DNA from: Guillardia theta CCMP2712
Lineage: Eukaryota; Protista; Cryptophyta
Length of the DNA stretch: 48,583 nt
Direction of reading: 5' to 3'
NCBI RefSeq assembly: GCF_000315625.1
Contig: NW_005434544.1
Location: 1-48,583 of the forward strand
A model generated the notes under the pieces. The model was not told where the DNA came from, ran no database searches, and was given only the letters and a program-made list of their open reading frames with translations. A program made the position numbers and the translations under genes. Positions 1 through 12,800 of the stretch are shown here, one piece after another (position 1 is the stretch's first letter; the number at the start of each line of letters is the position of its first letter).

Positions 1-816
1 TCTGCCTCATATTCTCGAGCAACCTTTGCCCTCCTTCACAACCTCGTCAGTCTCCCACACGCTCCTCCTCCGTCCGTCCTCACCGCAAATAGAAAGTAGA
101 TTTTTCATGTCCCCGCTCTCAATCAGATTCACCATGACCGCCAAGATCATGCGAATGACCTGCTCCTTGGATCAGCAGTGGTGGAGAAGGAAAGAACAAG
201 AAGGTGGGACGAAGCCGAAAAAGGATGGGAGGACAGCAGACGAAGGGAAACAAAAGAGGAGAGAGGAAGAAAGGGAGAGGGAGAGAGGGAGAAAAGAATG
301 TTGCGGGCTGAGGGAGGAAGGGAAGGATTAGGGTGATGAGGATGAGGAGAGAGGAGTTTTGACCTTCTCCTTCTGAGTTCCCTTCAAGATGTGAACCAGC
401 ATGGCGATCAGTTCCATGTCTACTAGCTGCATCGCCACGACCATCAGCTTGCCGCTAATCTTCGCTCCTCCACTCTGCTCTGCTCTGCTCTGTTTTCCTC
501 TCCCCATCCTCCTCCTCCTGCTCCCTTTCCTCCTCCTCCTCCTTCACCTTGTCCTTCACCCCCGGCGAGTAAGACAGGAGCCAAACACAGTGAATGCACT
601 GACAGGCAACATGTGAGACGATAGAAACAGCAACGTGTAAGGGGCGAACAACAAGGGAGAAACAGGGTCACGTAGCGCTCATCCGCTCTCGAGTTCAGAG
701 AATGAACTCACCTGGTAAATTAGTTGAGTATTGCTATGATTCTTGGGTTGCTGCGTTGAAAGTCAAACCGAGTCCACCCTTGTGCAATGGACTGCATCTC
801 ATGTGCAGCAAATCAA

Positions 817-847
<31 letters not shown>

Positions 848-2221
848 AACGACAACGACAACATAGACAGACAGCAGGCCGACATCATCACAGCAAACAC
901 GCGAAAGATAGATAGACATGGATGGGACGACGATGCGACTTCGTCAAGAAGATGTCAAAACGAGATAAAGAAGAAGGTATCTCCAACACATCCTCATGGT
1001 CATGGTCATCATCATCGTCGTCGTCGTCGTCATCATCATCATCATCGTCATCTCCATAGTCGTCGTCGTCTTGATCCTCCTCCTCCGTCCCTCACCTTGA
1101 TGATGTCCAGCAGCATTTGCATCCCACGGGCCTCGAAGAACGCAAGCCTCCTCGAGTGCTCTCGGAGAAGCCCCTGTGCTCCTTCCTTCACTCCTCCCTC
1201 CTCCTCACCCAGCACCGACCTGAAGAATGGACAAGATGGCCAGGTAGCAGAAACCCTTGTGGCGGTTCTGAAGTGTCGAGTCACTCTCTACCTCGCCCAT
1301 ACCATCCCGAGACCTCTCGCTGAACTTCAACACGCACGAAGTCCATCAGCCTTCGAACCACATCCTCGCTTGCCGGCTGAACCTTACCGTCAGTCTCTCT
1401 GTCCTCAACTGCCCTCGTCCGCTCCTCCTCCTTTCCTCTCACCATGGGGGCACTGAGCAGGTGGACAAGCACGTGACTGGCGCGAGCAACGATGATGTCA
1501 TCATCCCTGGGCTCAACGTCAGTGGCGAGGCGCGCCCGTCGATCCCTCTACCGTGAGAGCAGGTCAGGCAGGATGACGATCGGGTCAACAGCAGTCCCGC
1601 TCAGATGGCTGAAACGCTTGGCACTGCACGGGAAGCCAGCGGGTCAGCGAGGGCAGGAGACAGTCAAGTCTCCTTACATCTCCCTGTTCTCCTTCATGAC
1701 CTCGTCCAACGTCGTCAGGACGTAGCGGACGGCCTCCTTGTTGTTCACAGATCTGCAGGTCGACAGGTGAGGGACAGGTGGGGATAAGCTGGGCTCGCTT
1801 ACTTGAGGACCGCAGCGAAGGCCTGGGTCAGGGCGACGCTCTCCTCAGCAATGAAGGCTCCCTGGTTGTGCAGGGCCTCCCTCTGGAACCTGACCAGCAG
1901 CTGCGCGTCGCTGGAGGGGGAAGGATGAGACGAGCAAGGCAGGGGAACATGCGCTCACTTGTCGGAGATGAGACGTGCGTCACGGAAGCTCGTCCAGTTT
2001 GGCTTGCTTTGACGAATTTCTGCAGTCTACACCACAAAATATCATCGTCAATAAGACATCATCTTCACTGCCATCGTTATTTGCAACATGTTCTCTCCGT
2101 CAGCATCACCTCCCAATCCCCCTTGCTCTCCTCTCCCTCATCCACTCCTCCTCCTCCTCCTCACCTCCAAGGCACTCTCATTCGCAAGGTCGTTCTCATC
2201 CCAGTCATCAGAGAACGGCAT
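1..2221 (-). CDS. ATP6V1H: V-type proton ATPase subunit H (multi-exon; 3' end runs off the window)
   Basis: Spliced translation from ATG at 2221: MPFSDDWDENDLANESALE|TAEIRQSKPNWTSFRDARLISD..|..SVNNKEAVRYVLTTLDEVMKEN..RRLAFFEARGMQMLLDIIK..HVACQCIHCVWLLSYSP..LVHILKGTQKEK|VIRMILAVMVNL. Matches recalled subunit H motifs (EVRANKVNWQSY, TVQYILTMVDDML, FSIWLLAF, KEKVTRIILAAFRN). Confidence 0.88.
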
Positions 2222-3681
2222 TGTGCGCTTTCAGTCCTGACGACAGGGTTTGTCAACCAAAAACATCACAGCGACGAGGATTGATTTGTTTGTTGGTTCA
2301 ATTCATCTCAGCGAGCTTCACCGCAAGCCTCATCACGAGGCTCTGTTCTCTTCTCTCCTCTCCTTCTATCCATCGATTCATCCACATCCTGTCCTGCTGC
2401 TCGGTACAGCATACACAAACTATTCCTGTCCGATAACTCCCCCTTCAACACCGGCCCTTGAAGACTGATCAGGGATAGAGACAGAAACCAAACAACATGG
2501 TGGACCACGTCCTAGAACATGCTGATTTTCTCTTACACCACACGATTCACTTGTGAGCTGAAGTGCTAAACATTGAACACCACTCAATATTCGATGCGAC
2601 AGAGCTCGCATCCATCATGTTCTCTTCAATCTACCCTGCGAGGAGGTTTCCTCATCTCCACTCAAAATTTTTCACATCTCTCTTCCATCACATCTGCTAT
2701 CGCACACCGTCACTGAGCTACTTCACACATCCGCTGCATGTAGTGATTTTGCATTGCTGTACACCTCTCTCGCCTTGAGCTGCAGCGAGGGGAAATCTCG
2801 CAGCTCCTGCGTCCCACTGGACGCTAGATGATTTTCATCAACCATTGCGCTACTCTCCTTTCTCTCTCTGAGCTCTAACTACCGGATCCTTCACCCATGA
2901 ATTCACCCTGCATTTCACCAAATTTCCCACTTGACTGGTTCCTTTTGCACACACTCTCTTTCCTCCACTCGGGTTCTTTCTTTCTTGTTCGTGTTCATGG
3001 CATCATTGTGAATATTCTTCTTCGTCTTCGTCTACATCTCCTTCTTTTCCTGCCATGTTTCTTCTCCATCTTCCTGTTTTCCTCCAGCACCATCATGGTA
3101 AGAGGAATCTTTTCATTCCACCCCCCTCGATCCACCCACCCACCCATTTCATGTCATCACCCCACCCACTGGATCGACACCCCCATAATTGTCTCCCCCA
3201 CCGTTCCGAATTCAAAGTACCCCTTACTGCATGGAAAAGACCCTGGTTTTTTAATAGCTTAGTACCCCACCTTCCTACCCTTACTGCCTTTCTACCCCTA
3301 CCATTCATCACCCTACCCATATTTCCACACTATCACCCACCACTTGGTACCTCTTCCTAGGCACCCCATTTGACCCCACCCTACCCTTGGCATTCCAAGA
3401 AGAGAGAAGAGTAGAGGAAGAGGCGAAGACTCGTAGACTCTTAAGGGGCATGGGGGTGGGGTAGGAGAGTCTTGAATCCTCGACGAAGGGTGGTTTATAA
3501 GCTAAATTAGCCTTCAAATTCCACGGTGGGTAGTACATACCACGGGTGTTGTGGCTGAGTAATGAGGGGTGGTAGCAATCCCATGGGGGTAGGGTAATTG
3601 TGTCATTCTCTGTGATACACTAAAAAGAAGGCGGAGGCGTAAGCAACATTTCCGTTATAATTATTGACGATGATGTAACGG

Positions 3682-4260
3682 TTACATCATCCGATCACCC
3701 AGCCAGCCTCCGCCGGGACTCGGGATCGGATCGGGCCGTACTGTCCGATCAGACGGTGACTCGTGAGGCGGCCCCCCGGCCCCGAACCCGGCCGCGGCGC
3801 CGGAGACTGGGGCAGGGCGGGGCTCAGGGGGGACACCGCATGCGAGGGTCATCCGGGGCCGAGTCAGTCTCACCCGTCACTGCTAAGTTGGATCGCCGCA
3901 GCCGGGCTGGCCGCCGTTGCGGCGGTCGGATCGGCAGTCCGGCGGACTCCCGGCGACTCACCGTGTGATCATCCGGCTGCGGGATCATTCATGGCCGGCG
4001 GCCGCGCGCGGCGGGAGTCACTGAGGCCCGGGCTCCCAGGGCCCGCCGGCTCGGACTGGCTCACTGAGTTCGGATGTACCGCGTGCTCAGGTGTGCCGAA
4101 GTGCCCCCGGCCGGCCGGCCGTCATTGGAACTCGTGACACGACGCTGCGGTCCGACCGCCGCCCGGCCGTAATCACGGTAGCATAGCAGCGGCACTGACA
4201 TGCCGGACCGTTGGGTGACAGTCGCGGTGCAAATGATGGCGGTCAGAGGCGGCTCAGGCG
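3682..4260. other. GC-rich mosaic intergenic island (CCGG/GATCGG/TGACTC words)
   Basis: Very high GC; recurrent ccggcc, cggatcgg, gtgactc/gagtca, tcactgag; no plausible coding frame. Confidence 0.6.
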
Positions 4261-4283
4261 CGGCCTTGGTTGGTGATGGTCAA

Positions 4284-4352
4284 CGAGTACAAGGAAGGAT
4301 GTGAGGGGAGAGGTAGGCGAGTACAAGGAAGGATGTGAGGGGAGAGGTAGGC
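4284..4352. repeat. 34-bp direct tandem duplication (2 copies)
   Basis: cgagtacaaggaaggatgtgaggggagaggtagg at 4284 and 4318. Confidence 0.9.
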
Positions 4353-4390
4353 ATGGCTTGTCCCCTAGCTGCTTCATGCTCGAGCTAGCG

Positions 4391-7300
4391 TTAGTGCATG
4401 GGCTGTGCCGCTATCATCGGGCCGAGATGTGCCATGGCCACCTGAATCAGCACGATTAAGAACGAGCGAAGAAAGGCGGAGCAGCAGGAGCAAGTAAAGA
4501 AGAAGCAGCAGGAGCAAGTAAAGAACAAGCAGCAGGAAGGTCCTTACCGACTGGAGAGCGGCTGGGGTCCTCTCCAGGCATGACCGGAGCTTCTGCCGTT
4601 GATGCTGCGCAAGAGTCTTGACAGGGCAAGTCAGTAAGACGCGGGGGAGCAGCAGGGAGAGGCCGAACCTGCAGCACCTCCAAGCACTTGTCCTTGATAT
4701 TTACCTGCTATTGGTGAGGAGAGACAGAGGGAAGGAGGGGGAGGAGGACGGCAGGTTGGAGAGTAGAGCAGCGGCGAGCAGACGAGGGATGAGACGGAGG
4801 AGAGATGAGACGGAGGAAAGGGACAGGAAAGGAGAGGGGAAGAGGATAGGGAGGAGGAGGAAGAATGGGAGGGAGAGGAGAGGAAGGAGGAGGTGAAAGG
4901 AGCACATTTGAAATCGGATCCTCTTGATGGTCGCGATCCACATCTTCTCCCCGCAGCTTGTGCATCCCCGCCATGATCGTCTATAGAACCCGAGTGAGAT
5001 TCTATCCTCCTCCTCCTCCTCCTCCTCCTCCTCCTCCTCCTCCTCCTCCTCCTCCCTCCCCCTCCTCCCCCTCCTCCTCCTCCCCACCTTCACTATCTCC
5101 CTCCGACATGCCTCACTCTGTATCCCGTTAGCAAGGGCTCCTCCATCCTAACATTCGGTCAGGCGCGATCGACAAGGAGGAGGACCCACGTCACTCAGTG
5201 CCGAGAGATGCGGCGACATGTGGGGGAACTTTCCCTTCCCCCTGCTCGCCCCGTCCCCGTCCCCTTCGTCAAAATCATCTCCCTCAGCATCCGCACTCGC
5301 CCCTTCGTCGGAGACACAGTCGCCTTCGAAGCTCCTCTCCTCCTCCTCCTCCCTCTTGATTGTTTCCAGCAGCAGCAGGAAGGCCTTCAGCGCGAAGGGA
5401 ACTGCCGTCCACTGATCGATTGGATTCTCCGCCATGTTCCTCGTCTGACTCCTCGTCAGTCTCCTCTGCTCCGAGTTCTCCTTCCTCTGCCCTGGGACCG
5501 ACATGTTGAGCACGGCCATGTCCCCGGACAGCAGCAGCGAGCCAAGAGCTGCCGTCAACACTTTACACTCGTACGAGCCCGAGAAATCGCCGTGCTCCTT
5601 CGCCCAGCAGACCAGCAGCACAGGCAGAGCTTCCTGCCCCCCCTCCAGCCTGTGCTCCTTCAGGAAGCCCAGGGTCGCCTCCAGGTCCTCCACCAGCAGC
5701 CTTGCGAACAGCACGACGATCGCCTGCTTCAGCTGGAGCGTACGGGCTGCCCGGAGCTGCTCGAGAGCGGCGGCGAGCATGTTCGGGATGAGGTGCTGCA
5801 CGGCTCCTCGGCATCGTAGGAACATCTGCTCAATCAGGGGCGCAAGTGCCGTGACTGAGCCTTCCGAGCCTACCGACAAGATCTGGATCACTATCTCGTA
5901 GTAGCAGTCCGGGATCACAGGCTGGCCCTGGAGCTGCAGCCTTGCAAGCTCGGGCTGCGCCTCCCGGAGGTATGAGCGAAGGCACGCACAGCCAGGCTGG
6001 ATGATGTCCTCGTTCTCCGTCGTACGCATGATGGTGAGAAGGGTGGGGAAGACGACGTCGAGCAGAGGTCCACGGAAGACGTCTTGTCCTGGTACCCTCC
6101 GCACGATCTTGGACAGGAGTTCCACGATGCTCTCGACCTGCGTGCAAACGAACCTGTCCGCATGCTGCAGCGCGCTCATGACAAGGGGAGTACATGCCTC
6201 CCCGACCACCTGGACCGCATCGGGTCTCTCCACAAGAGATGCGATCGTCTCTACGGCCTCCGATGCGATCATGATGTCGCCGGCGCAGCGGCTCAGGGCC
6301 GTCAGCACTTGCTCCAGCACCACCGGCAGCTGCGCCGACACGTCGTCCGAGTGGATCTTGACGATCTGATGCAGAGCCTCGAGGGTGATGAGGGCAGAGT
6401 CTTCCGACGCCGAGGCAAGCAGCAGCGCTATCCTCTGCAGCAGGACGGGCACGTGAGGGCGGAGGAAGTCGTGCCCAAGGACCGGCTCCTCGTCCTCCTC
6501 CCCAGAGCTTGACAGGGACCCGATGGCTCGGGCAGCTGTCATCCTGACCGGCAAGGAGGAAGCCTCTCCCAGCGACTCAAGGGCAGGGCCGAAACACTGG
6601 ATGGCAAGTTCTAGGGGCATCCACCTGGCGAAGCTCGCAACGCAGTAGAGGGCCCGCCCCTTGAGCACGGCGGGGGAGTCTGCGGACATGTCGGGCAAGA
6701 CCACCTGCCTCACAAAGTCGTCCGGCCGGAAGATCGTCGAGATGCGCTGGAGGTCGCAGTCCGACGAGATCACTGCGATGGCAAACATGCACGCCTCCCT
6801 CTTTAGCCACCACTTCTCCTCCCCCGCGGCCTTGGCCCTGCTCGCTACCTCCAGCTGCCCCATCACCGCTGACAGGACGGCCTGCCAGCCCTCTGCCCCG
6901 AAGCTCTGGCAGATCTCCGTTACAGCGTCAGCAGCTGAGATGCGGACAGAGCTCTCGAAGGATCCTTCGTCCTCATGCGCTATGTACGCGTTCACGTCCT
7001 CGCTCCACATCTGCAGCTGCTCCACTGTCACCTGCATGAAGCGGATGAGGGTGAAGGCGATGGGGCAGAGCTGCGTCTTGACAAGATCCCTTGTATGCCT
7101 GCATCCCACTACCTCCCGCACACACTCCATGTACTCCCACGCAAGAGTCTCGATGGAGATCCTGTCTCCGTCCACGTCATCGGCAGGATCGACTTCGACG
7201 TCGTTGGAGCTGTTCGAGTACACCGCATGCACTTCGTAGACCTCCACGAGGCCCGTGAGCCCTTGCCAGACTGCTGCGATCATGGCGGCCAGGTTGGAGG

Positions 7301-7893
7301 AGAGGAGGTGAGGATAGACTTCGACGATGACCGTGAGGATCTTGACGATCTCTATTCTCATGCACAGCTCTCCCGCATCGTCGTGCCGGAGAGGAGAAGA
7401 AAGAACCTGAGCGAAGCACTGCAGCCATGCTGGGACAGTCTGCTCGAGCAGTTGCAGCGAGGTAGCCTCGGAGTCCGAGGCGTCTCCAAGCAGCGAGATG
7501 AGCTTGATGCACTTGAACACAACAGTGCAAGTCCTCGCTCTGATCATCTTGTCGTACAGCTCGACTGCCGTGAAGATGCGGAAGAGCTTCGGGAACAGAT
7601 GGGTGATGACGTGCGGCACTTGAGTGTCAGTGATCTCTTCCGAGACCAGCACCAGACATCTCATCGCTCCATGCACAAGGTGAGGCTCTCCTGTCTCTAG
7701 CATGCTCATCACGTGCGGGATCAGCTCCGGCCAGTTGTCAGGAAAGTCTTCCTTGGCAATGGAGGCGACCGCCATACTCACCTAGTCCAAAGAACACCGT
7801 CATGCTCTTCCTCCTCCTCCTCCTCCTCCTCCTCCTCCTCCTCCTCCTCCTCAATATTGCTCCTCCTCCTCCTCCTCCTCCTCCTCCTCCTCC

Positions 7894-7926
<33 letters not shown>

Positions 7927-8967
7927 GCAACAACGCTACCACTATCTCCTCCTCGTCTCCTTTCTCCATCCCACTCCTTCCTCTTCTCTATCACCCCAAC
8001 AATGTCAGCTTGCGCTCCAAACTTTCTCACCGCTGTGCGAAGTTTCGAGTGCTCGAGCCCGAGGCCATTGAGCAGCTGCTGCTTCATCGCAGCTTTGTGT
8101 ACTTCGGCGATCTGCCATGACGTGAGAACGAGCGAGCAAGATGTGTCAAGGAGCGAGCAGGATGGGTGAAAGGAGCGAGTTAGCCTCACCTCCGGCTCTT
8201 GAAAGTCTGGCTTCTGCCTGATCCAGTGATTGGAGATGTACCTCCTGCAGAGGACTGCCGACAGCTGTCGGATCTGGACGTCGACTTGCGAGGAATGCAC
8301 GATCTGTGTACGCGCAGGGACCATGTCAGTGCAAGAAGCCAGAGCACGAAGTCAGGGGGTGAAGCCAGGGGAAGTAGGGTGCAGCGCGAGCACTGGTCAC
8401 CTCCATGAGAGCGACGCCGAACCCATGCTCTCGGCTGAAGCTCTGAAGCTGCTCCTCTGCAGCCTTTCGAACTTCCGCGATCGGCGATTGGGTGCCTTTC
8501 AGGATCATTAGGGGCGGGAGGAGGTGCCATGTCAGCTCTCCCATCGACACACTCGACTTCGTCATCCTCTACCCGTCACGCTCGCTCCTGATCTCATCCT
8601 CCTGCTGTCATCGTTGAACCTCTTATTCGGACATCACTTCTCCCTACATCTTTCTACCTCTGTCCACCTCGACCAAGCACGAGCATGCATTCTCACTCGT
8701 CGCAATCTTGATCCAAGTCTCATGCTCTCTCCTCTCGTTCCTCTTGTTCGTTTGGTTGAACTCTATGCTCCCTTTCCTTCCCTCTGACGCACATCATTCA
8801 TGTCTTCCTCGCCCCTCGCTCTCCATCTTGCCTTCTCCCCTCCATCCTCCTCACATATCATCCCATGTTCGTGTTCTCCCATATTCCCCATCCTCTCCGC
8901 ATCTCTCCCCTTCCCCTCCCCCTTCCGCACCTGCCAGGCATTGTAGCAGCCCTTCCGTCGTCGCCAT
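4391..8967 (-). CDS. IPO9: Importin-9 (karyopherin-beta family, HEAT repeats), multi-exon
   Basis: MATTEGLLQCLA|GTQSPIAEVRKAAEEQLQ..GFGVALME|IVHSSQVDVQIRQLSAVLCRRYISNHW..|..LLNGLGLEHSKLRTA|VSMAVASIAKEDFPDNWPELIPHVMSMLETGEPHLVHGAMRCL; one 2592-nt exon (5190-7781), acidic loop, then EDPISN|VNIKDKCLEVLQ|...|VAMAHLGPMIAAQPMH*, stop at 4391-4393. Confidence 0.9.
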
Positions 8968-9601
8968 GCCAAACCCCACCACCAGAACGACAATTCAACA
9001 CTTCCAAGTATATTACCACCACTACCTTGGAAATTTTGACTTTTTCAAATATGGCAAATGCTTTTTGAAGAGGGTGGGTAGTCCGAATTAGGGAGTAGCC
9101 CTGAAATTTACGGTAAAGGGGTGGGTACAGAAAACATATATTGGGGGGTGTATGTGGTTTTTTGTTTCGATCTACCCCATTGATCCAGTGACATCGACCC
9201 ACTCCGAGAAACCCCACCCACCCTGACAAATTAGTTTTTCTGACCACCCACCCCTAGGGAATCAATCAAAGAAATGTTCCACCACCGTATCAAATCATAT
9301 AAAAGTACCCACCCTAATTTTTCCACCCCACCCCACTCAATGCGTGCGCTTTATTAGCTACCTGTCTACCCTACTGTACCCCAGATACTCCCCGAAATGC
9401 ATGTACCCCTATTTTCCTCATATTTGTACCCCACCCAATTGCCAGTCTTCCAGAACGACCAGTGACCCCTACCCACTCCATTAAGGACACCCACCCCTCC
9501 TTTTCCCATTCGAAGAACCCCATCGAATCGTTCTGCCAGTATCACTGAAAGGACCCCTACCCCTTTTTATGAGTGAAACAGAGGGGTGGTGAAAAAGCGA
9601 A

Positions 9602-9796
9602 ATGCGGGCAGGTAATGAATGATCTGTGGGAACGGGAGTTCAGGCGCACGGGAAGTATGATGAGCAGAGGGAGCGAACATGAACATGCACGTGTGGGTAT
9701 GATGGAGAGCTTGCTGGTGATGATGATGCCATGATGAACGGCAACACGGGGCAGTGAGTGGAGGGGATGCAATCAGTGGTGGTCGGCTGAACTCAG

Positions 9797-9831
<35 letters not shown>

Positions 9832-12800
9832 GATGCTGAGGAGGAGGAGGAGGAGGTCAAGGTGAGATCCTCACTGAGGATACGATTAATGTAGATGCCC
9901 GTGATGTTCGGTAGAGGATGTGTCCGGTCGATCTTGACAGCAGAGGGTGGGCCGATTCTATGCTGCAATGAGGCGTAAGAACGCAAGAGAAGTGGATGGT
10001 GGGCAAGAAGGCTGAGATAGATGATTGATTGATTGAGGTAGATGATGACGATCAGGATCAGAATGTAGCTGGGATGGTAGATGATGACGATCAGGATCAG
10101 AATGTAGTCGGGATGAACCATCAAGACTGAAAGGATGAACACTGACCGTTCTTGGTAGCGGCATTGGGAATCCTTGCGCTCTTGCTGCAGGATGGACTTT
10201 GTGCCAACACCATCGCTCCTCTTGCTCCTCTCAGGTTGAAGGGAGGAGGACGAAGCTATGAGAATGCTGGTCCGGTGGTCAAGGTGTGCTGGATCCTGAT
10301 GGAGGGAGCGTGTGGGCTGATGCTCGACCTCGCAGTCAGTCGTCGAGAAGTTCAGGAGTGTTCACGGCGAAGACCCCAAGTATGTGTCGGTCGCTCCTGG
10401 ACGTGTCAACCTGGTCAGTCAAGACAGTTGGGTCGGCCTAGAGGCCTCTGACGTCTGCGTTTGCCAAGATTGGTGAGCACACCGACTACAGTCAAGGGTT
10501 CGTCATGCCCTGCGCCATCGATTTCCACGTTGCTGGTGAGGGTTGCTAGCTGTGCTAACGAGGACTGACTGTCTTATCAGCGTCTTTCTGTCCTACATCG
10601 GACAACAAGTTGCACGTGATCGCGCTGGATGTCAACGACGAGACATGCTCGTTAGATCTGATCTCCTCCCCGCATATCCTCGCCCCGCTTCTTCCCCCCG
10701 TCCACCACCCCCTGAGCTCGATGCTGACTTGCCTGCAGCATTGATCTTTCAAAGCCGATCGAGAGAGATCAGAGTCAGCCATGGAGCAACTACATCAGGG
10801 GAGTTTGCAAGGTCTCGACTCGACCTCCACCTCCGCACCTGCCCATCTTTTGCACCTTTGACTCCTCAAGCTCCTGCTCGCTGCTGGGGTGAGTGATATA
10901 CATTCACAGACCCTGATGGATAACGGACACAAGATCGGTGGAGGAAAATTTGTCTTCAGTGGAAATGTTCCTCTGGTAAACCGATATCTTACAACATGCA
11001 TCACCTACCCCTTGTTGCTCCTCCTCCTCCTCCTCCTCCTCCTACTCCTACTCCTACCCCTACTCCTCCTCCCGCAATCCCTCCCCTTCCATCACCACTG
11101 CTACCTCGCCATCTTTGGCATCGTCGAACTTGATGCCTCATGGTTGAAGTTGGGATGACAGGGGGGAGGGCTAAGCTCCTCGGCTGCTCTCGAAGTTTGC
11201 TTCGCCAAGGCCCTCAATCATGCTTACAGTGAGTACCATGAAGATGTGGCGATGGGATGACGATATAATCATGATCTTGATGGAATGATGATTGAATGTT
11301 GATGATGTTGATGATCGAATGATACTCGAATTATGACATAGTTCTGATAGGATGATTGAATGATGACATATTGACGATGATATCATGATGATATTAGAAC
11401 GATGATATTTGATGGTGATGGATTGACGGGGCTTGTTCTTGATACCTACGAGCTGCTTTCGCCAAGTGTCCAGCGTTGCCGGTGGTGTTGCAGATGAAAG
11501 CTGCTGACTGGATCGCACAGATCTCAAGATCGGGGGAGTCGAGATCGCACAGCTCTCGCAAGCTGCCGAGTGAGTGATCCGTGAATTGCACATGTCCTGC
11601 ACCACTCCTGCTCCTCCTCCTGCTCCTCCTCCTGCTCCTCCTCCTCCTCCTCCTCCTCCTGCTCCTGCTCCTGCTCCTGCTCCTCCTGCTNNNNNNNNNN
11701 NNNNNNNNNNNNNNNNNNNNNNNNNNNNNNNNNNNNNNNNNNNNNNNNNNNNNNNNNNNNNNNNNNNNNNNNNNNNNNNNNNNNNNNNNNNNNNNNNNNN
11801 NNNNNNNNNNNNNNNNNNNNNNNNNNNNNNNNNNNNNNNNNNNNNNNNNNNNNNNNNNNNNNNNNNNNNNNNNNNNNNNNNNNNNNNNNNNNNNNNNNNN
11901 NNNNNNNNNNNNNNNNNNNNNNNNNNNNNNNNNNNNNNNNNNNNNNNNNNNNNNNNNNNNNNNNNNNNNNNNNNNNNNNNNNNNNNNNNNNNNNNNNNNN
12001 NNNNNNNNNNNNNNNNNNNNNNNNNNNNNNNNNNNNNNNNNNNNNNNNNNNNNNNNNNNNNNNNNNNNNNNNNNNNNNNNNNNNNNNNNNNNNNNNNNNN
12101 NNNNNNNNNNNNNNNNNNNNNNNNNNNNNNNNNNNNNNNNNNNNNNNNNNNNNNNNNNNNNNNNNNNNNNNNNNNNNNNNNNNNNNNNNNNNNNNNNNNN
12201 NNNNNNNNNNNNNNNNNNNNNNNNNNNNNNNNNNNNNNNNNNNNNNNNNNNNNNNNNNNNNNNNNNNNNNNNNNNNNNNNNNNNNNNNNNNNNNNNNNNN
12301 NNNNNNNNNNNNNNNNNNNNNNNNNNNNNNNNNNNNNNNNNNNNNNNNNNNNNNNNNNNNNNNNNNNNNNNNNNNNNNNNNNNNNNNNNNNNNNNNNNNN
12401 NNNNNNNNNNNNNNNNNNNNNNNNNNNNNNNNNNNNNNNNNNNNNNNNNNNNNNNNNNNNNNNNNNNNNNNNNNNNNNNNNNNNNNNNNNNNNNNNNNNN
12501 NNNNNNNNNNNNNNNNNNNNNNNNNNNNNNNNNNNNNNNNNNNNNNNNNNNNNNNNNNNNNNNNNNNNNNNNNNNNNNNNNNNNNNNNNNNNNNNNNNNN
12601 NNNNNNNNNNNNNNNNNNNNNNNNNNNNNNNNNNNNNNNNNNNNNNNNNNNNNNNNNNNNNNNNNNTACCTTGCTCCTCCTTTCTCCGAACTTTGCCGTC
12701 TCCTCCTCCTCCTCCATCCTCCTCCTCCTCATCTCCTTTCCTACAGGCACTGGGTAGGCTGCAAGTGTGGCATCATGGATCAGTACATCAGCTCCATGGG

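Noticed and set aside
3682-4137. Pro/Gly/Arg-rich ORFs in the GC island
   Set aside because: Expected by chance at this GC content; no domain or splice support.
5208-7700. Plus-strand ORFs antisense to importin-9
   Set aside because: Shadow ORFs from GC-rich codon usage.
9100-9590. Telomeric repeats
   Set aside because: ACCC words are dispersed, not a tandem telomere unit.
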